The notes under the pieces: model-generated
Seen by the model: the letters and a program-made list of their open reading frames with translations, nothing else
What the model was told of the DNA's origin: nothing
Database searches by the model: none
Shown here: in pieces, positions 1 to 8,317 of the stretch
Position numbering within the stretch: position 1 is the first letter of the stretch
Layout of the letters: each line of letters opens with the position of its first letter
Made by a program: the position numbers and the translations under genes
IMG/VR virus record: IMGVR_UViG_3300017987_004412
Coordinates: 1 to 13,485 of that record
Origin: a virus
Reading direction: 5' to 3' (one strand)
Length of the DNA: 13,485 nt

Positions 1-32
1 ATACCAGCTATAAGAAAAATCTTCCTACACGA

Positions 33-446
33 ATGCGGACTCATAAATATGCTCTCACTACTGATCTCCCTTTTGCTTCCAAGTATACTTCAGACAGGGA
101 CATTATTAATCATCTCTTTGTAAAGCAACTTCCGGATATTATTCGTAAGAGTGTCCTGAGAAGAGTGAGATTTGTTGGAGACGAATACCGTGCCTGCCGA
201 TATATACTCAACAGATTCCTGATGAGAAAGCAGGTTATATCGAATGTGCTCAAAACGAGGTATAATATACCCGAGGAACAACACAAATTCCTGGTGGATT
301 TTGTAGCAGCCAGATCAAGAGTAGAGCTCTACAAATTGAGAAAGGGGATAGACTTGGACCTCGATAACAATACGAATATGTTGATATCCTTGAGAGATTA
401 TGATCGAGAACTGAATTATGACAGGAATCAGAATAGTCAATACTAA
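33..446 (+). CDS. hypothetical protein (137 aa), no recognisable motif
   Basis: Complete ATG-initiated ORF with the same orientation and spacing as the downstream operon. Its end overlaps the next gene by 29 nt. No conserved motif recognised by eye. Confidence 0.4.
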   Translation: MRTHKYALTTDLPFASKYTSDRDIINHLFVKQLPDIIRKSVLRRVRFVGDEYRACRYILNRFLMRKQVISNVLKTRYNIPEEQHKFLVDFVAARSRVELYKLRKGIDLDLDNNTNMLISLRDYDRELNYDRNQNSQY

Positions 447-843
447 GGTAGCTGCAAACCATAAGTCATTTCGAAATGCTTTGGAAATCGCACTTATGAT
501 GAGTCATAAGTATACCCTCCTTCCAGAGATCTATTCAGTTTTTGGCCGAGATGGTCTTCTTAAGTTCATTGATGTCTTTGGGGGTTGTACCTTTACTGTT
601 CCAAGCCAGGAGGACTTCATGCGGACCGTCATGGAGGTTCAGATATATCTGGAGATGAATAATCGGGAAAAGTTTGATCTGAAGATGAAAGACATTGCGG
701 ACAGATACGGTATAAGCGTGCAGTCGGTTCTCTCTATCTACAAAGATATGAGAAGTACCGTTGGGGCCCTTGAGGGGCTCACCTTGGATGATATTTTTAT
801 CCCTAATGAAGAGTCGGAAGAGACAGACAATGGAAGAGAATAG
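418..843 (+). CDS. Mor-family-like HTH DNA-binding protein (possible transcription activator)
   Basis: Residues FGRDGLLKFIDVFGGCTFTVP then NNREKFDLKMKDIADRYGISVQSVLSIYKDMR resemble the Mor/C-family signature: a GG..hY/T.P core followed by a C-terminal helix-turn-helix with (K/R)YG(I/L)S. Start is uncertain: ATG at 418 or the ATGATG at 496. Confidence 0.45.
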   Translation: MTGIRIVNTKVAANHKSFRNALEIALMMSHKYTLLPEIYSVFGRDGLLKFIDVFGGCTFTVPSQEDFMRTVMEVQIYLEMNNREKFDLKMKDIADRYGISVQSVLSIYKDMRSTVGALEGLTLDDIFIPNEESEETDNGRE

Positions 844-1333
844 CCAAGATCAAGACACGACTGATGTGGGCTTTCTTCGGGATCTTTTCAATGAAGATGA
901 GGTCATGAAGATTGCAAGAACGGTATTCATGAGGAGCCTTGATGATTTCAAGGTAAAGATAAACCTGGCACTTGCGTTTATGACGAAGAAGCGAATTGAG
1001 AATTGGGCAGATCTGTTTAATGATAGATCCGATGCCAAGGAATTAGTAAAGTTCAGACTCCCTTTCATGAATGACAAAGACCTCATTGCAGCTTTCAAGG
1101 AATTTGATGACCAGATGCGAGAGACTGCTCAGGAACTTACCGAGCTTGCCAAGGTGGAAACAAAGTTACGCAGCGGTGATACATACAACATTAACATGCC
1201 AACCAATGTTGTTAATATTTCCCGGGAGCAGGAGATGAGAGAGGCAAAGTCAAGACAGGACGTCAGTCGGATTGTTGATATATTTATTGCAAAGGCCAAA
1301 GAGATTCAGGATAATGACAAAAGTGAAGATTGA
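830..1333 (+). CDS. hypothetical acidic/helical protein; positional candidate for small terminase subunit
   Basis: The ORF-track start at 761 is a TTG. The in-frame ATG at 830 overlaps the upstream stop by 14 nt and has a weak GGAAGAGA SD. The 167-aa charged, helix-rich product lies immediately upstream of TerL and overlaps it, which is the usual position of TerS in T4-like clusters. No diagnostic motif. Confidence 0.4.
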   Translation: MEENSQDQDTTDVGFLRDLFNEDEVMKIARTVFMRSLDDFKVKINLALAFMTKKRIENWADLFNDRSDAKELVKFRLPFMNDKDLIAAFKEFDDQMRETAQELTELAKVETKLRSGDTYNINMPTNVVNISREQEMREAKSRQDVSRIVDIFIAKAKEIQDNDKSED

Positions 1334-4300
1334 TGAGGATCTCCTCAGACAGTGCATACTGCTGATGAAGGATGATGGTCTCTACAATGATTTTGATAAT
1401 CTCTCTATGGAAGAGCAGGAAACTGTGTTACAGTGTCTTCAGGAATATCTGGATGGTGGCCATTCATCCACCCACCTGCAGCTTAAGGAGCCTGACTTCA
1501 AATACACTCCGCCTACTCCCGAAGAATTTTTGACAGATCCGTATTTCATGGGGGAGCGCGCCAAGGATATATACCCGAGGTGGGTGGATGAATTACTTTT
1601 TGTACTCGATCCTGTGAATAGAATAAAAGAGTGGATTTTATGCCTTTCCGGAGATACTTTAATTCCCCTCCTTAATGGTGAAGTATGGAAATTAAAAGAC
1701 TTATATGCATCCTGGTTAAAGAAAGAAGAGCCATTTTGGGTATATTCCGTATCACCCTCGGGTGAGGTAGTTCCGGGGGAGTGTGAATCGGTTGTTAAAT
1801 TCGCAGAGGATCAGCTCTATAAAGTGACTCTTGACAATGGCACTTCTTTCAGGGCAAATGCTTCGCATGAGATGGTTCTACGTAATGGAACAAAATGTAT
1901 GATTAGGGACATGAAGATTGGGGACAGACTGATGCCCTTTCATACTACGGAGAAAGCAATGGATAGGCAGAGATTGGATGGGTATGAGCAAGTTTATCTT
2001 CCTGGACCCCAAAAGTATGCTTATACCCACAGAGTAGTAGGTAAGATGATAGCAGGAGGAGAGTGTCCTTTAGTCATAAATGAAGATAGAGCAGTTCTGC
2101 ACCATAAAGACTTAAATAGGAAGAATAACGATCCATCCAATTTAGAATGGATGGGATGGGCGGAGCACAGAAAGTTACATACAGTAAAGAAGACACCCGA
2201 GCATCTGGAAAAGATAATAGAATCTGCTAGAAAAAGAGCTAAGGATCCCAACTCTAATTTTCAGAGAGCCAAGGTTCGTTTTCTCAAAACTGAAAGAGGT
2301 AGAAAATTATCCATCCGGAATTTATCCAAGGCAAAAGTATCAATTGAAGAACGTAGACGCAGGCTGAAAAAAGCCACCACAATAAGATGGGCAGATCCTG
2401 ATCAACGTAAACAGGCATCTATACGTTGTGCTGAGAGGAGTAAAGGGAATCAGTGGGGAAAGTTGTTGATAGATAACAGCATAACCTTGGAGGATATAAG
2501 AAGAGAGTATTTTAGGCTGGGGGATTTACAAAAAACTAGAAAGTCTCTTAGGATGTCTCGAAATCGAATGGTAAGGGTATTACATGATGCGGATATGACT
2601 ATGAGAGACCTCAAGCAAGAATATAATCTCCACAAGACTAAGTTAAAAGGGAAAAAAGAGATAAGATACAGTAAACTATTAAAGACAGATGTATCAGTTA
2701 ATGATATTTATGAAGAATATGAAAAAGTTGGAACTACAGCAGGAGTATGTAGAAATCTCAATATAGATCACAAGAGACTTTCTAGAATACTTGGCAATGA
2801 AAATCTTGATATCTGCGACCTTAGGGCCAATTACAAAAATCATAGAGTAGTTTCTATTCAAAAAGACAATGTTGAGAATGTCTATTGTTTGAATATACCT
2901 AAATGGGGAAACTTTGCTATTGTTACAGATGAGATAAAAAAATCAGGAGTCTTCTCGGGCAATACGGGGTCCATAGGTCAGGGAAAAAGCTGGGTAAGCA
3001 ATTTTGCTCAAGCATACAAACTCTGTTTCCTGTCCTGTTTGAAGAACCCCCAGCAGTACATTGGCTTGGCCCAGGGAACTTCTATTGTATTCAGCGTATT
3101 CAATCTTACTCTGGCAAAAACCGATCTTACTTTATATAAAGACTTCAAAAGTATCTTAAACTCTTCACCATTCTTTAGAGACAATTTTCCGTTAAAGACA
3201 GTATATGGGTCGGGGGGAGTAGAAAAGGAGATTGACTTCCCGAATGATATAATTTTGGTATCTGGTTCAAATGCGACACATGCACTCAGTTTGAATGTCT
3301 ATAGCTGTACTCTTGATGAAATGAATTTCAGGGACTCCAAGTATGTCATATCTTATGAGGAAAAGAGTCAGGCTTTTGAGCTTTACCGGAACATTCATAC
3401 TCGTATCGTTTCTCGTTTTGTTGGGTACGATCCGGGTATATTGGTCTTGATCTCATCCAGAAAGACAATAACAGACTTTCTGGAGAAGCATATTGAGAAG
3501 CAGTCGAATAAGCAGTATGTGCATATCTCGGACTTTGCTTTATATCAGGTAAAACCTAAGATGCGATTCTTTCCCTCTGGTAGGACGTTCAGAATGGTAA
3601 TAGGGGATAGATCTCATCAGATGACGTCGAGAGTTTTGAGAGATGGCGAAGAAGTAGAGGATGGAGTAAAAGTAGTTGAGGATATACCAGTAGAGTTGAA
3701 GGAAGATGCGGAGCTTGATCCAGATGGCTTTGTTCGGGATGTGATTGGCGCAGCCACTTATCCCTCGTCACCATTGATATCGGTAAAGGAAAGAATCACT
3801 GACTGTACTGACTTTACCAGGTCTCACCCCTTCACTGTTGGATCAGTTTGTCTAAACATTAACACGCCGGATACGATTGAGGAGTATTTAATTCTCGACA
3901 AGCTCGTAAGAGACGCAGGAGCGTCAGGATTGAAGCCCCTCTTTTGTCCAGAGAAACCCAGGATTATTGGGCTGGATTTAGGTTTGACAAAGGATTCAGG
4001 AGCGGTAGTTATGGGATTTCCTCATACTGTCAAGACTGTGAGAACGTCAGTAGAGGATCCTGCCACGGGTAGGCTAATTCAAAAGATGCTTCCAAGATGG
4101 TTCATTTATTACGATTTTTTTCTGGAGATCGCTGCCCCTCAGAAGGGCACTGGGGAAATCGACTTTGAGAAGATTGAGAAATTTGTTATTTATTTGAGAG
4201 ATACTCTCCATTTCAATATAAGGAGGGTATCATCAGACGGTTTTCAATCTCGCCATATGAGACAGAATCTCTACAAGCGGAAGTTCGATGCTGTCATAAC

Positions 4301-4697
4301 CTCAGTAGATCGGGATGATATTGCCTACATTGAGTTACGGCAGGCTATCTTGGAGCGAAGAACGTCCTTCTATTTCTATGAACCTTTCCTTGAGATAGAA
4401 TACTTGTATCATGACCGACGAGGCAAGAAAGGCAAAGTTGATCACTTTAAGGGCAGAAAGAAAGATGTTACTGACGCAGCTGCTGCTGTGGCATTCCATT
4501 GCTCTGAGTTTCCGATGCATGAAGTCTTGGTTCCGGATCAGCGCATGCCTCATTTGAGATCCAGCAGGCTGAAGAAGGATGCCAAAGTTATGGATCTTAA
4601 TTCGAGGCTTCTGGATGACTATGCAAAGACAACATCTAAGGGGAGGAAGTACAGAAGGATCATAGATGTAAATGATACAGGAAATCCCCTTATTTAA
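1314..4697 (+). CDS. terL: terminase large subunit (ATPase/nuclease) interrupted by an in-frame intein
   Basis: The ORF-track start at 1272 is TTG; the first ATG is at 1314 (MTKVKIDEDLL). After removing residues 124-564 (ORF numbering), the extein reads ...RIKEWIL|TGSIGQGKSWVSNF, a GxxxxGKS Walker A. Walker B-like hhhhDE is present (LNVYSCTLDEMNF), the ILVSGS ATPase-coupling region is present, and a long C-terminal nuclease-sized domain follows. Position immediately upstream of a T4 gp20-like portal. Confidence 0.85.
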   Translation: MTKVKIDEDLLRQCILLMKDDGLYNDFDNLSMEEQETVLQCLQEYLDGGHSSTHLQLKEPDFKYTPPTPEEFLTDPYFMGERAKDIYPRWVDELLFVLDPVNRIKEWILCLSGDTLIPLLNGEVWKLKDLYASWLKKEEPFWVYSVSPSGEVVPGECESVVKFAEDQLYKVTLDNGTSFRANASHEMVLRNGTKCMIRDMKIGDRLMPFHTTEKAMDRQRLDGYEQVYLPGPQKYAYTHRVVGKMIAGGECPLVINEDRAVLHHKDLNRKNNDPSNLEWMGWAEHRKLHTVKKTPEHLEKIIESARKRAKDPNSNFQRAKVRFLKTERGRKLSIRNLSKAKVSIEERRRRLKKATTIRWADPDQRKQASIRCAERSKGNQWGKLLIDNSITLEDIRREYFRLGDLQKTRKSLRMSRNRMVRVLHDADMTMRDLKQEYNLHKTKLKGKKEIRYSKLLKTDVSVNDIYEEYEKVGTTAGVCRNLNIDHKRLSRILGNENLDICDLRANYKNHRVVSIQKDNVENVYCLNIPKWGNFAIVTDEIKKSGVFSGNTGSIGQGKSWVSNFAQAYKLCFLSCLKNPQQYIGLAQGTSIVFSVFNLTLAKTDLTLYKDFKSILNSSPFFRDNFPLKTVYGSGGVEKEIDFPNDIILVSGSNATHALSLNVYSCTLDEMNFRDSKYVISYEEKSQAFELYRNIHTRIVSRFVGYDPGILVLISSRKTITDFLEKHIEKQSNKQYVHISDFALYQVKPKMRFFPSGRTFRMVIGDRSHQMTSRVLRDGEEVEDGVKVVEDIPVELKEDAELDPDGFVRDVIGAATYPSSPLISVKERITDCTDFTRSHPFTVGSVCLNINTPDTIEEYLILDKLVRDAGASGLKPLFCPEKPRIIGLDLGLTKDSGAVVMGFPHTVKTVRTSVEDPATGRLIQKMLPRWFIYYDFFLEIAAPQKGTGEIDFEKIEKFVIYLRDTLHFNIRRVSSDGFQSRHMRQNLYKRKFDAVITSVDRDDIAYIELRQAILERRTSFYFYEPFLEIEYLYHDRRGKKGKVDHFKGRKKDVTDAAAAVAFHCSEFPMHEVLVPDQRMPHLRSSRLKKDAKVMDLNSRLLDDYAKTTSKGRKYRRIIDVNDTGNPLI
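1641..2963 (+). mobile_element. intein (441 aa) with HNH homing-endonuclease domain and tandem NUMOD-like DNA-binding repeats, inserted at the TerL P-loop
   Basis: Starts with CLSGDTLIPLLNGEVWKLKDLY, a classic Hint block A with Cys1. HNH motif is LHHKDLNRKNNDPSNLEWMGWAEHRKLH. Three to four ~35-aa repeats (ITLEDIRREYFRLGDL..., MTMRDLKQEYNLHK..., VSVNDIYEEYEKVG...CRNLNIDHKRLSRILG, LDICDLRANYKNHRV) lie at nt ~2472-2862. Block F/G-like end is NVYCLNIPKWGNFAIVTDEIKKSGVFSGN, followed by Thr+1 of TGSIGQGKS. The C-terminal dipeptide is GN rather than the canonical HN. Confidence 0.75.
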
Positions 4698-4715
4698 CCC
4701 AAGGAAAGGGAAAAC

Positions 4716-6569
4716 ATGGCAAAATATGATAGGTTAATGCCCTTATTGCGCCTTTTTTCGAAGTATGATCCAGAGGAGGCTGCGATCCGTCAGCGGAGCT
4801 CATCAGCCAGGTATCAGCGCCGCAGGGAACTTGATGATTTGACTCATCCCTGGAGAACGCTTGAAGAATGGCAGAAGTGGCTGCGGGATTCAGTCTCTGT
4901 ATCCTATGAACGAAAAAAGATGTATAAGGACTATATTGAGATGGATGATAAGTCCATTGAAGTGTCTGGTGCTCTAAGCACCTATGCGGACGATGCTACG
5001 GCAATTGATTGGAAGAAGAAAGTCAATATCGACATCGAGTCTTCAGACTACACAATAAAGAAGGAGCTTGTGGGCCTTATTAATAAGCTCGATGTCTATG
5101 ATATACTATGGGCCGTAGGAAGGAACCTTGCAAAATATGGGGACAACTTTGAAAGGCTGATTTTTGCCAGAAACCCGGATGGGACACCTATCATAGGAGA
5201 AGGTACTCGAGGCATTATTCAGATCCGGTTTGCTGATCCGAAATACATTGAGCGTGTTGAAGATAGGTATTCCAGACTGATGGGTTTTCACGATGCTGAC
5301 CCGTGGTATGTGAAATCGGTTAAAGAGGCAGTAAAGAAAAAGGAATTAGATAAAAAAGTTGCCGAGGCCAAATCTTTGTCCAGAAGAGCCCCGTGGGACT
5401 TTGCTCATTTCAGGATGCTTGGTAGTCGCCGTAACTCCATGTACGGTGACTCCATGATTGAGAATGCCAGGCCAATCTGGAAGATCCTTGATCTCTTGAC
5501 TGAGGTTATTGCCATAACTCGTCTGTCCAGGGCTCCGTCCAGAAGGATTTATTATATTGATGTTGGCGAGGGGACTCCGAATGAGGAAGCTTGGGACACT
5601 GTAAGGTTCTGGAGGCAAAAATTAAAAAAGAATACCTGGATAAATCCAATTACTGGTGAATACAGAAGCATTCATGATCCGAGGTCCCCCAGCGAGGATC
5701 TATTCTGGCCGCTTTTTGGCCAGCGATCGACGTCCAGGGTAGAGGAATTACCCGGCCTGGTTGATGTAAAAGAGATGGCTGATATCAACCTCATGTTTAT
5801 ACGACTGTTCTCAGCTCTCCGGATCCCGCCGGCTTATTTTGGTTTCATGTTTGAGGGAGGTGCATATGGAACGACACCCAATAATGCGAGAACGTTGACT
5901 TTACAGGATCTGCGATACGCAAGAACAATCAAGAGACTTCAGAACTCGATTGTTCGCGGGTTCCATAGAATATTTGATGTTCATCTGGCTTTGCTTGGAG
6001 TGGATAAGTCGAGGTTCAGGGGTAAGTATAAAGTCCTTTTGACACCTGTCTCAACCGATGAGGAGATGCAACGGGCTGAGATTATGGCGTCCAATCTTAC
6101 TCAGGCATCGCAATGGGGTGACATTGTAGATCGTTTTGGAGCAAACAAAGAGGCAATGCTTAGACATGTCCTGAAAGAAGTCTTAGGGTTCTCGTCTGCA
6201 GAGACTAGAAAGTTTACCAAGGCCCCCCCTCCTGGAAAAGAGGGAGCTCCAGGTGGTTTAGCCCCCGGTGATATCAATCCCTACGCGATGATGATGCAAC
6301 AGCAGGCAGGACAGCAACCTGGTCAGACTCCAGGTGAACAACAACCTCAGGGAGCCCAACAGCCCCCGGGTGAGAAGGAGACACCAGAGGACTATTCATT
6401 AGAGCTGGCAAACATGGTAGAGAGAATTACTGAAAACCCGGAGTTGGCAGAGGCTGTCTTGAATACTTTAAATCGGAATGTTGATGTTGATGAGAGTATC
6501 TATATGGATGATGACCCTCTTCCCGGAAATGATACTGAGTATCCTGATGATGAGGATGATAGTTTATGA
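4716..6569 (+). CDS. portal protein, T4 gp20-like
   Basis: RBS AAGGAAAGGG precedes the ATG. Internal motif ITRLSRAPSRRIYYIDVGEGTP matches the T4 gp20 core IYRITRAPDRRVWYVDTG closely. LRIPPAYF parallels gp20 LRVPLSRIP. Lies immediately downstream of TerL. Gln/Pro/Gly-rich linker and acidic C-terminal tail (DDDPLPGNDTEYPDDEDDSL). Confidence 0.85.
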   Translation: MAKYDRLMPLLRLFSKYDPEEAAIRQRSSSARYQRRRELDDLTHPWRTLEEWQKWLRDSVSVSYERKKMYKDYIEMDDKSIEVSGALSTYADDATAIDWKKKVNIDIESSDYTIKKELVGLINKLDVYDILWAVGRNLAKYGDNFERLIFARNPDGTPIIGEGTRGIIQIRFADPKYIERVEDRYSRLMGFHDADPWYVKSVKEAVKKKELDKKVAEAKSLSRRAPWDFAHFRMLGSRRNSMYGDSMIENARPIWKILDLLTEVIAITRLSRAPSRRIYYIDVGEGTPNEEAWDTVRFWRQKLKKNTWINPITGEYRSIHDPRSPSEDLFWPLFGQRSTSRVEELPGLVDVKEMADINLMFIRLFSALRIPPAYFGFMFEGGAYGTTPNNARTLTLQDLRYARTIKRLQNSIVRGFHRIFDVHLALLGVDKSRFRGKYKVLLTPVSTDEEMQRAEIMASNLTQASQWGDIVDRFGANKEAMLRHVLKEVLGFSSAETRKFTKAPPPGKEGAPGGLAPGDINPYAMMMQQQAGQQPGQTPGEQQPQGAQQPPGEKETPEDYSLELANMVERITENPELAEAVLNTLNRNVDVDESIYMDDDPLPGNDTEYPDDEDDSL

Positions 6570-6856
6570 GATACACCAAATTGATACAAGAGATAAACAA
6601 AAGATCTAAAGTCCCTACGAAGGTTATCACCAAAGTTCTGCACACTATGGTTGAAGTGACCAAGGAGACTCTTGTGGAGGGGGATTTCATAAGTCTGGCA
6701 AATCTTGGAACCATGGAGCTTGAATATCTGCCGGCCAGCTTCCATATGGGGCAGAAGTCTCAGCAGGGTCGGATTAAGTTTACTGCACACCCCTTTGTTC
6801 TTAAAGAGATGGTAGCTGGGGCAATGAAATTACTTGAAGAGGAGGAACGGGAATGA
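6566..6856 (+). CDS. HU/IHF-like (DNABII) DNA-binding protein
   Basis: Length (96 aa) and layout match bacterial HU: N-terminal helices (MRYTKLIQEINKRSKVPTKVITKVLHTMVEVTKETLVEGD), then the beta-arm region (ISLANLGTMELEYLPASFHMGQKSQQGRIKFTAHPFVLKEMV; compare GDKVQLVGFGTFEVRER...IKIPASKVPAFKPGKALK). The ATG overlaps the portal stop (ATGA) and is preceded by a GAGGATGA SD. Confidence 0.5.
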   Translation: MRYTKLIQEINKRSKVPTKVITKVLHTMVEVTKETLVEGDFISLANLGTMELEYLPASFHMGQKSQQGRIKFTAHPFVLKEMVAGAMKLLEEEERE

Positions 6857-7041
6857 AAACAGAAGAGAGATCCTTTAATGACACGGAGAACAAAGGACGT
6901 GATGCCGTAATTTGCCCTCAATGTATTGGCAAGGGGCAAGTAACATTGGGCGGCGCCGTTCTTGTCTGCGGGTTATGCAGAGGTGCGGGCTGTATTCTCA
7001 AGGAAACAGACAAAGATGAACCTCAATTGTTACTGGATTAA
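6853..7041 (+). CDS. small DnaJ-type zinc-finger protein (2x CxxCxGxG)
   Basis: CPQCIGKG and CGLCRGAG are two copies of the DnaJ central cysteine-rich CxxCxGxG unit, 62 aa total. Strong SD GAGGAGGA; the ATG overlaps the upstream TGA. Confidence 0.5.
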   Translation: MKTEERSFNDTENKGRDAVICPQCIGKGQVTLGGAVLVCGLCRGAGCILKETDKDEPQLLLD

Positions 7042-7047
7042 GACAGA

Positions 7048-7542
7048 ATGATTGGCACCTATAAATACTTCAGAGTTCCCCCATGGATGGAAGTAGCCTT
7101 TAAAGAATTGGGGGTTGAGGAAATACCAGGTTTGGAAAGTAATCCAAAAATAGATAAATATCTGGCTGTTACTGGCATGTCTCCGGATGATTCTATCCCC
7201 TGGTGCGCAGCTTATTTGTCCTGGGTATTGGAGCAGACCGGTATTGAGAGTACAAGGAAAGCGAATGCCAGGTCTTATCTGTCGTGGGGAAAAGAAATTG
7301 TTGAGCCTAGATTGGGCTGCATTGTTGTCTTATGGAGAGTATCTTTGAATTCCGAAAGTGGTCATGTTGGTTTTTTCTGTGGATTTTCGGATGACAGCAG
7401 AATATTCTTGCTGGGCGGAAATCAATCGGATAAGGTGGGTATTGCATCTTATTCTACTGGTAGGATTTTGAGCTATAAGTGGCCGTTGAAGGTCGGTGTA
7501 AGTAATGAAACTATAAACGAAAGGGGATTGAACGATGAGTAA
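7048..7542 (+). CDS. TIGR02594-family / CHAP-like peptidoglycan hydrolase (endolysin or virion-associated lysin)
   Basis: Pattern PWCAAYLSWVLEQTG...SYLSWGKEI...GCIVVLWR...GHVGFFCGF...LLGGNQSDKVGI. This is a Cys nucleophile after Trp followed by a downstream His, characteristic of the CHAP/NlpC-P60-related TIGR02594 phage-associated family. Confidence 0.6.
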   Translation: MIGTYKYFRVPPWMEVAFKELGVEEIPGLESNPKIDKYLAVTGMSPDDSIPWCAAYLSWVLEQTGIESTRKANARSYLSWGKEIVEPRLGCIVVLWRVSLNSESGHVGFFCGFSDDSRIFLLGGNQSDKVGIASYSTGRILSYKWPLKVGVSNETINERGLNDE

Positions 7543-8257
7543 GAAAGAAGAAATTTTGAACAATCTGGATATTGTTGAGAAGAAACTTTCTAACGAGGCA
7601 AAGGAGATTGAGAAAGAAGTCTTGGATGATTCGGAAAAGAAAGCAACGGTTTCGGTTCAGGCACCAAAGGTTGAAAAACTCTCGCAGGAGGATCTCAGCA
7701 AAAGGGTTGTATTCTTGGAGCAGAAGCTGGATTCCATTGCCAAGGCTTTGACAGAACATCATGCACATCTCAAGGGTGTTGTTCATCACGGATTTACAAG
7801 GATGGAGGCTGTCCTGAATATCCTGAGTGAGAAGGATATTGTAAATGAGGACGGTCTTCGTAGGGGGTATAAGCGAGTTACTGAGTACCAGGTAAAGATT
7901 AATGAGGTACTGAGCGGCAGGGAGCCTATGAAAAATAAGATTGAGAAGGTACATAAATGGAATGAAGATGAGAACAGGATACCTATCCGTATGACTGATA
8001 TTGGGCTGCCTGCATATCTTATAAAGAACCCGGATAATCTGACCTTGGATGAGAGGATAGAACTTGCAAAGAGGGGTGATTTGGATAGCCAGGTTTTTAC
8101 TATGCTGGCTCAGGAGAATCTCTCTAAGAAATCACCTACCGAGGTTAGTACCGGTTCCGGGGTGGTGGATATGTCACATAAGGTTGATATGGAGATTGTT
8201 AAAGAGAAAAAATCGGAGAAAAAAGCAGAAAATCAGGAAGACCCTATTGACAACTAG
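7535..8257 (+). CDS. highly charged coiled-coil protein (scaffolding-protein-like by composition and position)
   Basis: SD AAGGGGA 6 nt upstream; the ATG overlaps the upstream TAA. 240 aa, Lys/Glu-rich with predicted long helices (EEILNNLDIVEKKLSNEAKEIEKEVLDD...). It sits between portal and downstream genes, where T4-like phages place gp22-type scaffold. No diagnostic motif. Confidence 0.5.
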   Translation: MSKKEEILNNLDIVEKKLSNEAKEIEKEVLDDSEKKATVSVQAPKVEKLSQEDLSKRVVFLEQKLDSIAKALTEHHAHLKGVVHHGFTRMEAVLNILSEKDIVNEDGLRRGYKRVTEYQVKINEVLSGREPMKNKIEKVHKWNEDENRIPIRMTDIGLPAYLIKNPDNLTLDERIELAKRGDLDSQVFTMLAQENLSKKSPTEVSTGSGVVDMSHKVDMEIVKEKKSEKKAENQEDPIDN

Positions 8258-8317
8258 GGTTTTTTGATTATATTAATTAGGGTAGAAGTTTATAATCTTA
8301 GAGTAGGGAGTAAAATA
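8243..8317 (+). promoter_or_regulatory. intergenic regulatory region: weak hairpin + T-run, consensus TATAAT, SD for downstream zinc-ribbon gene
   Basis: CCCTA-ttgacaac-TAGGG followed by TTTTTT around 8244-8266. TTGATT at 8264-8269 and a perfect TATAAT at 8291-8296, but the spacing is 21 nt, so not canonical sigma70 geometry. AGGGAGT SD at 8305-8311 ahead of the GTG at 8318. Confidence 0.2.

Noticed and set aside
1272-1313. ORF-track N-terminal extensions from TTG starts (TerL at 1272; also 761, 8264, 9420, 12607)
   Set aside because: These are TTG codons upstream of in-frame ATG/GTG codons that carry proper Shine-Dalgarno spacing. They overlap the preceding genes extensively, so starts were moved downstream.
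8064-8267. + strand 67-aa ORF nested in an alternative frame of the coiled-coil gene
   Set aside because: Fully embedded in 7535-8257, no RBS, Arg/Leu/Trp-rich translation typical of an off-frame read of Lys/Glu-rich coding sequence.
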